A DNA stretch of 64,000 bases from Candidatus Omnitrophota bacterium (GTDB lineage Bacteria > Omnitrophota > Gorgyraeia > Gygaellales > Profunditerraquicolaceae), in the NCBI GenBank assembly GCA_028710685.1, contig JAQTTQ010000001.1:1648-65647 (forward strand). The letters run 5' to 3'. Made by a program: the position numbers and the translations under genes. Positions 9,469-16,295 of the stretch are shown here, one piece after another. The notes below the pieces were generated by a model. The model searched no databases. It saw only the letters and a list, made by a program, of their open reading frames with translations, and had not been told where the DNA came from. Position 1 is the stretch's first letter. Every line of letters begins with the position of its first letter.

Positions 9469-10132
9469 GATAAAAAATTACGCCAGCGTAAAAAAATTTT
9501 CCCAAAAAGAAGGCATTGACCTTTTCGGGGTTGCGGATATCAGGGGGGTAAAAGGAGAATTTCAATCTCTGGAGTCTTTAGCAAAAGATTTAGAGAGCGC
9601 TATTTGTTTAGGGGTTCGTTTATCAGCAGCTATTTTAAGCGAAATAATCAAGGCGCCTACCCGCCTCTATTTCCATCATTACCGGACCGTGAATGCTTAT
9701 TTGGATCAGGCCGCGCTTAAGGTTGCAAACTTTATTCAAAGAAAAGGCTTTAGGGCCCTACCAATCCCTGCATCGATTATCTTAAATTGGGAGAATCAGA
9801 CCGCGCACCTCTCGCATAAGAAGTTGGGGGTTTTGGCGGGTTTAGGTTGGATAGGGAGAAATAACCTTCTTGTAAATGAGAAAATAGGAAGCCAGATGCG
9901 CCTGGCAACCATATTAACAGATCTGCCCATAAAAACCGATAAACCCTCTGGAAAAGACTGTGGGGCTTGTTGTTTATGCGTTAAGGCCTGCCCGGCACAG
10001 GCAATTAAAGAGAGCCCGGTTGATTTTGACCATATAAAATGTTTTGAGAAGTTAAAAGAATTCCAGAGGCAGAAATTGGTAGATCAGTATATCTGCGGAG
10101 TTTGTGTTAATGTCTGCAAAGGGAGAAAATAA
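9461..10132 (+). CDS. QueG-like (epoxyqueuosine-reductase-related) 4Fe-4S protein, short form
   Basis: The segment LGWIGRNNLLVNEKIGSQMRLATILTDLPI resembles the QueG core. Ferredoxin-type clusters CGACCLCVKACP and CGVCVNVC are present. At 223 aa it is much shorter than canonical QueG. Confidence 0.5.
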   Translation: MDKIKNYASVKKFSQKEGIDLFGVADIRGVKGEFQSLESLAKDLESAICLGVRLSAAILSEIIKAPTRLYFHHYRTVNAYLDQAALKVANFIQRKGFRALPIPASIILNWENQTAHLSHKKLGVLAGLGWIGRNNLLVNEKIGSQMRLATILTDLPIKTDKPSGKDCGACCLCVKACPAQAIKESPVDFDHIKCFEKLKEFQRQKLVDQYICGVCVNVCKGRK

Positions 10133-10134
10133 TT

Positions 10135-10608
10135 ATGAGCGGGATATATCTTACTAGGCTAGGCCATAAGAAATTAATGGAGGAATTAGAAACCCTGAAG
10201 ACAACTAAGCGCCGTCAATTATCCAAGGCTGTAGGGGAGGCGCGCAGCCACGGGGATATCTCTGAGAATGCCGAATATGATGCAGCCAGGGAAGCGCAAG
10301 GCTTAAATGAAAAGAGGATTGCTGAGCTGGAAGGCAAGTTAGCTTGTGCTAAGATACTCGATGATGAAAATATTACTTCGGATGAAGTATTGATAGGCGC
10401 TACTGTAAAATTGAAGGATTTAGTGAGTGGCGAGGAATTTGAATATACCCTTGTTTCAGAGCTGGAGGCTGATTACGACAGCGGAAAAATATCGGTTAAT
10501 TCACCTATTGGGGCTGCCTTATTAAACCATAAACTAAACGAAGTGGTTGATATTAAGATACCCGCAGGTGCTTTAAAATACCAAATTCTACGCATCTTCC
10601 GCGAATAA
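10135..10608 (+). CDS. greA: transcription elongation factor GreA
   Basis: GreA signature GDISENAEYDAAREAQ and a 157-aa length. Confidence 0.9.
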   Translation: MSGIYLTRLGHKKLMEELETLKTTKRRQLSKAVGEARSHGDISENAEYDAAREAQGLNEKRIAELEGKLACAKILDDENITSDEVLIGATVKLKDLVSGEEFEYTLVSELEADYDSGKISVNSPIGAALLNHKLNEVVDIKIPAGALKYQILRIFRE

Positions 10609-10622
10609 CGTTTAATATCTCC

Positions 10623-10651
10623 TTGACCCGCCTTCTTAGCTGGTATATAAT
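10623..10651 (+). promoter_or_regulatory. sigma70-type promoter for nadE (apparently leaderless)
   Basis: TTGACC (10623-10628), a 17-nt spacer, then TATAAT (10646-10651). The ATG at 10661 is only 9 nt downstream of the -10 box. Confidence 0.5.
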
Positions 10652-10660
10652 TCTTTCAAT

Positions 10661-11377
10661 ATGAGGAAGAGAATCGTTTCTTGGATAAAAAATCAGGTTA
10701 AGGCGTCTAACTCTAAGGGGATAGTCCTTGGGCTTTCCGGCGGGATAGACTCGGCAGTAGTTGCAGGTTTGTGCTCTAATGCGCTAGGCCGTAAGAATGT
10801 ATTGGCTCTATTCCTTCCTTGTAATAGTAACCCACAGGATTTAAAAGATGCTAGGCTGGTTGCCAGGGCCTTGAGGCTTAAAACCAAATTGGTGGATTTA
10901 TCACCGGTATATAATAACCTGTTGAGAATATTTCCTAATGCCCCTGGCCTTGCAAAAAATAACCTTAAGCCGCGCTTACGAATGTTAACGCTTTACTTCT
11001 TTGCCAATAAATTAAATTATCTTGTTTGCGGTACAGGGAATAAATCAGAGCTCTCGGTAGGTTATTTCACGAAATACGGAGATGGGGGGGCGGACATTCT
11101 GCCTATCGGAGGGCTGCTTAAGAGGCAGGTTTGGTCTTTAGCAAGAGAGCTTAATATTCCAGAGCCAATAATTAATAAGGCCCCTACTGCCGGCCTATGG
11201 CAAGGGCAGACCGATGAGGGAGAAATGGGGATTACCTATCAGGATCTGGATGATATATTGAGCCGCCTGGAGAACAAGACAAAGCAGGCAGCCTCTTTTA
11301 ATAAGGTAAAGAGGGTAAAGAAGATGATTGAGGCTTCGACGCATAAGAGAAGGGTTGCGGGAATATTCCGCATTTAA
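10661..11377 (+). CDS. nadE: NH3-dependent NAD+ synthetase
   Basis: PP-loop motif GLSGGIDSAVVAGLC and a 238-aa length. Confidence 0.85.
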   Translation: MRKRIVSWIKNQVKASNSKGIVLGLSGGIDSAVVAGLCSNALGRKNVLALFLPCNSNPQDLKDARLVARALRLKTKLVDLSPVYNNLLRIFPNAPGLAKNNLKPRLRMLTLYFFANKLNYLVCGTGNKSELSVGYFTKYGDGGADILPIGGLLKRQVWSLARELNIPEPIINKAPTAGLWQGQTDEGEMGITYQDLDDILSRLENKTKQAASFNKVKRVKKMIEASTHKRRVAGIFRI

Positions 11378-11390
11378 AGGGAGGCTAAGA

Positions 11391-11876
11391 ATGGATGAAA
11401 TACTGGAAGTTTTAGAAAAAGACGCTCGTACATCACCTGAAGATATTGCCAGGATGCTTAAGAAAAAGCCTAAAGATATAAAGGAGAAGATTAAGAAATA
11501 CGAGAAAGATGGGGTAATCTTAAAGTATAAGGCAGTCTTAAATAAGGATTTAGTGCATGATGAAGAGTCCAGGCTACGCGCCTTGATAGAGGTTAATATT
11601 ATCCCGCAAAAGGATGTCGGCTTTGATAAAATTGCCGAGCGTATATATTCATTCCCCGAAGTATCCAGCTGCTACCTGATATCAGGCACCTATGACCTTT
11701 TGGTGGTGGTAGAAGGAAAGAATATACATACGGTATCAAGCTTTGTCGCGGAAAAGCTCTCTTGCCTTGAGAACGTAAGGGGGACAACCACGCATTTTCT
11801 TTTGAAAAAGTATAAAGAGGACGGGGTTATATTAAAACACAAAGAGGAGAATAAAAGGATAGCCATCTCCTATTAA
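11391..11876 (+). CDS. Lrp/AsnC-family transcriptional regulator
   Basis: HTH_AsnC-like N-terminus (ILEVLEKDARTSPEDIARML) followed by a RAM-like fold. The ATG at 11391 has a GGGAGG RBS. The ORF-track start at 11328 overlaps nadE. Confidence 0.7.
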   Translation: MDEILEVLEKDARTSPEDIARMLKKKPKDIKEKIKKYEKDGVILKYKAVLNKDLVHDEESRLRALIEVNIIPQKDVGFDKIAERIYSFPEVSSCYLISGTYDLLVVVEGKNIHTVSSFVAEKLSCLENVRGTTTHFLLKKYKEDGVILKHKEENKRIAISY

Positions 11877-11879
11877 AAA

Positions 11880-13025
11880 ATGAAAATTTCTAAGAAAGTA
11901 GATAAAATGCAGCCCTCCGGGATCCGGGCCTTTTTTGACCTGGTCCTGGGGATGAAGGATGTGATATCCTTAGGGGTTGGGGAGCCGGATTTTACCACTC
12001 CTTGGCCTATCCGCGAGGCAGGTATCTCTTCCCTTGAGGAAGGGTTTACTTCCTACACCTCCAATAAGGGTTTGTATAAGTTACGCCTGAGTGTCAGCCG
12101 TTACCTGAGAAATAGATACGGGGTTGAATATTGCCCGGATGAGGAGATACTTATAACCGTAGGCGTTAGCGAGGCAATGGATTTAGCCCTGCGTACCATA
12201 ATAAATCCTAACGATAAGATTTTGATTCCCACCCCAAACTATGTTTCTTACGGCCCGCTTACAGAGCTAGCCGGCGGTTTACCCGTCTATATAGATACCC
12301 AAAAAACTGGATTTAAGCTTACGCCCGGGGAACTAGAAAGGCATATTGATGATAAGACTAAGGGGATAATTTTTAATTATCCCTGCAATCCTACCGGCAT
12401 ATCCTATAGCAGGAAAGAGTTAAGCCAGATAAACAAGGTGTTGTTGAAAAATAAAATTATTTGTCTTTCTGATGAGATATATGCGGATCTGACATATGAT
12501 TTTGAGCATGTATCATTCCCTTCGTTGCCCGGGGCAAAGGAGAATGTGGTTTACTTTAACGGTTTCTCAAAATCCTATGCTATGACCGGCTGGCGCGTGG
12601 GATATGCCTGCGGGCCAAAGGAGATTATCGCGGGGATGACAAAAATCCACCAGTATACAATTATGTGCGTTTCTATAACCTCGCAAATGGCAGCCTGCGA
12701 AGCTTTGCATGCAGGCAAAGGTTTTGTTGAAAAAATGAAGCGGGAATATGCAAGGCGCAGAGAATTTGTAATCGATGGGCTAAACAGCATGGGGCTAACC
12801 TGCCATAAGCCCCAGGGCGCTTTTTATGCCTTTCCCAGCATTAAGAAAACGGGGTTAAGGTCCTTGGATTTTGCGCAGAAGCTGTTGAAGGATGAAAAAG
12901 TTGCAGTTGTTCCGGGGACTGCCTTTGGAGTTGAATTCGAAGATTATATAAGAATATCTTATGCCTCCAGCTTTGATAATTTAAAAGAGGCGCTACGCAG
13001 GATGGGCGCATTCTTAAAGAAATAA
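11880..13025 (+). CDS. class I/II PLP-dependent aminotransferase (aspartate-aminotransferase-like)
   Basis: PLP-lysine region NGFSKSYAMTGWRVGY and a fold typical of AAT-family aminotransferases. Confidence 0.85.
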   Translation: MKISKKVDKMQPSGIRAFFDLVLGMKDVISLGVGEPDFTTPWPIREAGISSLEEGFTSYTSNKGLYKLRLSVSRYLRNRYGVEYCPDEEILITVGVSEAMDLALRTIINPNDKILIPTPNYVSYGPLTELAGGLPVYIDTQKTGFKLTPGELERHIDDKTKGIIFNYPCNPTGISYSRKELSQINKVLLKNKIICLSDEIYADLTYDFEHVSFPSLPGAKENVVYFNGFSKSYAMTGWRVGYACGPKEIIAGMTKIHQYTIMCVSITSQMAACEALHAGKGFVEKMKREYARRREFVIDGLNSMGLTCHKPQGAFYAFPSIKKTGLRSLDFAQKLLKDEKVAVVPGTAFGVEFEDYIRISYASSFDNLKEALRRMGAFLKK

Positions 13026-13030
13026 TCATA

Positions 13031-13756
13031 ATGCCTAGAAAAAACAAGGATAATTACGAGATTTACGTAAAACAGATTGAAGTCTTGTCTAAGGTAGCAA
13101 ACCTGATTACTTCAGGAATGTACCTGGAGGAGCTTCTGCGCCTGATTGTCAATGTTACTGCTGAGATAATGAATTCTAAGATATCCTCTTTAATGCTCTT
13201 AGACCATGAAAAGAAAGAGTTGGTGGTGCGCGCTACTCAGTCAATCTCCGAATCTTATAATAAGAAGCCTAATATAAAGATGGGAACTGGCATAGCCGGC
13301 GAGGTTGCTTTAAATAATAAGGCTATAGTTGTGCCGGACCTTAAAAAAGACCCCCGCTATCTTAATCAGGATATCGCAAGGAAAGAAAAACTTTGTTCCC
13401 TGGCGAGCATTCCTATGGCGGTAAATGGGAAGGTTATCGGCGTGCTTAATTGTTATACTTCTAAGAAGCATGAATTTACCAAGACAGAGTTGAATCTTCT
13501 CAACGCCTTGGCAAATCAGGCAGCTATAGCTATTGAGAATGCAGAGCTAAACCTTCGAGCGCGCTCTGCGGAAGAGGCCCTTACTACGCGCAAAGTCGTA
13601 GAGAGGGCGAGGGATATTTTATCCCAGGAAGCTAACATTTTGCCTTCGGAAGCATACCGTTTAATTCAAAAACAGAGTATGGATTCCCGTAAGTCAATGC
13701 GGGAGGTAGCCGAGGCCATAATCTTGGCCAAGGATATAAAGAGTAAGAAGTATTGA
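13031..13756 (+). CDS. GAF-ANTAR protein (putative RNA-binding antiterminator with a ligand-sensing GAF domain)
   Basis: The N-terminal GAF segment includes GTGIAGEVALNNKAIVVPD. The C-terminal ANTAR segment TRKVVERARDILSQEANILPSEAYRLIQKQSMDSRKSMREVAEAII closely resembles the AmiR/NasR-type ANTAR domain. Confidence 0.75.
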   Translation: MPRKNKDNYEIYVKQIEVLSKVANLITSGMYLEELLRLIVNVTAEIMNSKISSLMLLDHEKKELVVRATQSISESYNKKPNIKMGTGIAGEVALNNKAIVVPDLKKDPRYLNQDIARKEKLCSLASIPMAVNGKVIGVLNCYTSKKHEFTKTELNLLNALANQAAIAIENAELNLRARSAEEALTTRKVVERARDILSQEANILPSEAYRLIQKQSMDSRKSMREVAEAIILAKDIKSKKY

Positions 13757-13825
13757 CAAATATAGATTTTATGTTAGACTAGTATTAGATTACGCAATGA
13801 TGCAGTAATACGCAATGACATAGAA

Positions 13826-13869
13826 GTCTTCTGGGCTTGTTAAAAAAGCCAGAAGGCTTTTTCTTTTTA
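13826..13869 (+). terminator. intrinsic terminator after the GAF-ANTAR gene
   Basis: Stem CTTCTGGGCTT/AAGCCAGAAGG with loop GTTAAAA, followed by CTTTTTCTTTTT. Confidence 0.7.
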
Positions 13870-13870
13870 C

Positions 13871-13924
13871 GGACACTGGAGTCCTCAATCCGGAATTTAT
13901 TCCGGTTGGGGGCTCTTATTTTTT
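13871..13924 (+). promoter_or_regulatory. leader of the sigma-factor gene: hexaloop hairpin overlapping a terminator-like structure
   Basis: GGAC-ACUGGA-GUCC (13871-13884) is a hexaloop hairpin. A GAGTCC (13879-13884) ... GGGCTC stem encloses the palindrome CCGGAATTTATTCCGG (13890-13905) and is followed by TTATTTTTT (13916-13924). The hexaloop hairpin and the terminator 5' arm share nucleotides. Confidence 0.45.
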
Positions 13925-13933
13925 GAGGGTAAG

Positions 13934-14455
13934 ATGGAGTATGCCCGGTTATTAAAAAAACTTTTACCTAAGATAAAAGGGATAGCCTTTAAGCTAAACA
14001 GGTATTATGGGCCTTTTGCTTATGATGATTTATGCCAGGAAGCGATTATCCATCTTTGGGTTAATTTTAAAGCAGGCCGTTTAGCTGAGAAGACGCAGAG
14101 TTATATATTGCAGGGGTGCTACTTTCACCTGAGGAATTATATCCGTAAATTTAGCGAAAAAAATACCCTCTTAAGCCTGGATTCATTAATTAATGATGAT
14201 AACGAGGTAACCCTTGAAGGCCTGCTCGTTTTAGATGATGAGAGAGATTTGCGCGATGTTATGAATGATAATTTCCTGGTGGAGGCTATTGAAAATAACG
14301 GTTTTACTATAAGGGAAAAGCAGATACTTAAGTTTTATAAAAAGGGACTCACTACTAGAGAAATAGGGGGGAGGCTCAGCCTTTCTCATGTTAGAATAAT
14401 TAAGATTATGCAGAATATAAGAATTAAGTGCCGTAAATACCAGGATATTTTTTAG
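13934..14455 (+). CDS. sigma-70 family RNA polymerase sigma factor (ECF-like, region 2 plus region 4)
   Basis: The region 2-like segment DLCQEAIIHLWVNF...YILQGCYFHLRNYIRK and the region 4 HTH LTTREIGGRLSLSHVRIIKIMQNIRIKCRK. The RBS is GAGGGTAAG. Length is 173 aa. Confidence 0.75.
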   Translation: MEYARLLKKLLPKIKGIAFKLNRYYGPFAYDDLCQEAIIHLWVNFKAGRLAEKTQSYILQGCYFHLRNYIRKFSEKNTLLSLDSLINDDNEVTLEGLLVLDDERDLRDVMNDNFLVEAIENNGFTIREKQILKFYKKGLTTREIGGRLSLSHVRIIKIMQNIRIKCRKYQDIF

Positions 14456-14552
14456 TTACCAGGCTTAAGCCGTTTTTACTTGTATATATAAGACACATTG
14501 AAGTGTAATCTAATACAAAGGCGTTCCTTGATAAAGGGGCGCTATTTTTTTT
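14456..14552 (+). promoter_or_regulatory. amt leader (element A): small terminator hairpin, hexaloop hairpin and a strong intrinsic terminator before the RBS
   Basis: GGCTTAAGCC plus Ts at 14462-14476. Hairpin ACAC-AUUGAA-GUGU at 14493-14506. A 9-bp terminator stem GCGTTCCTT/AAGGGGCGC with a GATA loop, then TATTTTTTTT, at 14521-14552. The amt RBS AAGGAGGGG follows directly. The block is about 70% identical to 18495-18587. Confidence 0.55.
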
Positions 14553-14569
14553 ACATTAAGGAGGGGTTT

Positions 14570-15874
14570 ATGGATATGAAGGTTGTTATTGATACAATTT
14601 GGGTCCTTATGACTGCAAAACTGGTATTCTTTATGAATCTGGGTTTTGCTATGGTTGAGTCAGGGTTTGCCCGTTCAAAGAACTGCGTAAATATCCTTTC
14701 TAAGAACTTCGTGGTTTTCGCCGTTTCATCTTTTGGTTTTCTGCTTTTAGGCTGGGGGCTTATGTTCGGAGACGGAAATGCTTTTATGGGGCTAAAGGGC
14801 CTCTTTTTTGCAAGCGGAATAGATAATTCTCCGGCAACCGCTGAGGCGTATAAGGGAGTTTATTCCGCTCTTTCCTGGACCGGAGTACCAATGTGGGCAA
14901 AATTCTTTTTTCAGCTGGTATTCTGCGGCACGGCAGCTACTATTGTATCCGGGGCTGTGGCAGAGCGGATTAAATATAATTCTTTTATAATTTTTTCTTT
15001 TCTTATGGCCATGTTTATTTATCCAATCGTCGGGCATTGGATATGGGGAGGTGGTTGGTTGCATAGTAAGGGGATGCTTGATTTCGCAGGTTCAACAGTA
15101 GTGCATTCAGTTGGAGGGTGGGCAGCTCTGGCAGGCATTTTGGTTTTAGGGCCGAGATTCGGTAAATATGCAAACGGCAGGTTAAATCCGATCCCCGGAC
15201 ATAACCTTTCGCTAGCCACATTAGGTACCTTTGTTCTCTGGTTTGGTTGGTTTGGTTTTAATCCCGGGTCAACAATGTCTGCCGATCCTATTGCAATAAG
15301 CCATGTCGCCATAACTACCAATATGGCGGCAGCTATGGCTATTATTAGCGCTACCTTGCTTTCCTGGATATTATTAGGAAAGCCTGATCTAGGGATGACT
15401 TTAAATGGCTGCTTGGCCGGGTTAGTGGCCATTACCGCCGCCTGTGCTTTTGTAAGTGTTGTAAGTGCTATTATAATCGGTTTAATTGCAGGCGCACTTG
15501 TGGTTTTATCGGTTATATTCTTTGATAAGATTAGAATCGATGATCCGGTAGGCGCCCTTTCAGTTCATCTTGTAAACGGAATCTTTGGTACTCTTTGTGT
15601 GGGACTTTTTGCGCAGGATAAGATTGCCGGTATAGATACGGGAAACGGGTTATTTTACGGGGGAGGGACTAAACTGTTAGCCTCTCAGCTAAGCGGTGTT
15701 TTAGGGGTTGCGCTATTTACTTTTTTTGTTTCACTTTTTTTCTGGGGCGTGCTTAAATATACCATGGGTATAAGGGTATCCCTTAAGGAAGAGGTAGAGG
15801 GTTTGGATATCGGAGAACACGGTAATTCTGCCTATCCTGAATTTTTTGGCAGGAAGCCGGCATATACAGTTTAA
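14570..15874 (+). CDS. amt: ammonium transporter (Amt family)
   Basis: About 11 TM helices and Amt/MEP-family sequence throughout (for example FGFNPGS, GHWIWGGGWL). The ATG at 14570 has an AAGGAGGGG RBS. The ORF-track start at 14498 is upstream of the leader terminator. Confidence 0.9.
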   Translation: MDMKVVIDTIWVLMTAKLVFFMNLGFAMVESGFARSKNCVNILSKNFVVFAVSSFGFLLLGWGLMFGDGNAFMGLKGLFFASGIDNSPATAEAYKGVYSALSWTGVPMWAKFFFQLVFCGTAATIVSGAVAERIKYNSFIIFSFLMAMFIYPIVGHWIWGGGWLHSKGMLDFAGSTVVHSVGGWAALAGILVLGPRFGKYANGRLNPIPGHNLSLATLGTFVLWFGWFGFNPGSTMSADPIAISHVAITTNMAAAMAIISATLLSWILLGKPDLGMTLNGCLAGLVAITAACAFVSVVSAIIIGLIAGALVVLSVIFFDKIRIDDPVGALSVHLVNGIFGTLCVGLFAQDKIAGIDTGNGLFYGGGTKLLASQLSGVLGVALFTFFVSLFFWGVLKYTMGIRVSLKEEVEGLDIGEHGNSAYPEFFGRKPAYTV

Positions 15875-15887
15875 GGAGGGTGAATAA

Positions 15888-16226
15888 ATGAAAAAAATAG
15901 AAGCCATTATAAGGCCAGAGAGTATTGATGCGGTGCGAAGCGCTTTAAGTGCGGCAGGGGTAACTGGCCTCATGATTTCGGATATTGAAGGGCATGGTAA
16001 ACAAAAAGGGGTTATCCAGCAGTGGAGGGGGGAGAAGTATAGGGTGGAGCTTCTTGCAAAAATAAAAATTGAGACCGTGGTTAAGGATGATGATGTGGAG
16101 CGTATAGCCGGCGTTATTATTGAAAGCGCCAGGACAGGCGAGATAGGAGACGGTAAGATATTTATATACCCGATTACGGAGGCGATAAGGATACGTACGG
16201 GAGAAAAGGGGGATTCGGTCATTTAG
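15888..16226 (+). CDS. glnK: nitrogen regulatory protein P-II (amt-linked)
   Basis: MKKIEAIIRPESIDAVRSALSAAGVTGLMISDIEGHGKQKG, 112 aa, immediately downstream of amt. Confidence 0.9.
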   Translation: MKKIEAIIRPESIDAVRSALSAAGVTGLMISDIEGHGKQKGVIQQWRGEKYRVELLAKIKIETVVKDDDVERIAGVIIESARTGEIGDGKIFIYPITEAIRIRTGEKGDSVI

Positions 16227-16295
16227 AATTTAGCGCTTTAAAAGTCTGTTTATTTCTTATAAGCTTGTGGTAGAATAGTGCAAAGGGAGGAAGAT

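Noticed and set aside
14480-14520. Sigma-54 (-24/-12) promoter or NtcA/TnrA-type box in the conserved amt/gltB leader block
   Set aside because: There is no GG-N10-GC arrangement in copy A, and the -12 GC is missing in copy B. The GTA...TAC and TGT...ACA dyads have different spacings in the two copies (N6 vs N4; N11 vs N13), which is inconsistent with a fixed-spacing protein operator.
15731-16222. 163-aa minus-strand ORF overlapping glnK and the 3' end of amt (similar shadow ORFs occur at 1107-1472, 6728-7108, 15019-15432, 17447-17872, 23739-24185, 29510-29998, 30954-31370, 53164-53565, 54750-55232, 60213-60728 and 62986-63537)
   Set aside because: All lie antisense inside well-supported conserved genes and have low-complexity or odd composition. 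They have no RBS or promoter context and are treated as non-coding shadow frames.
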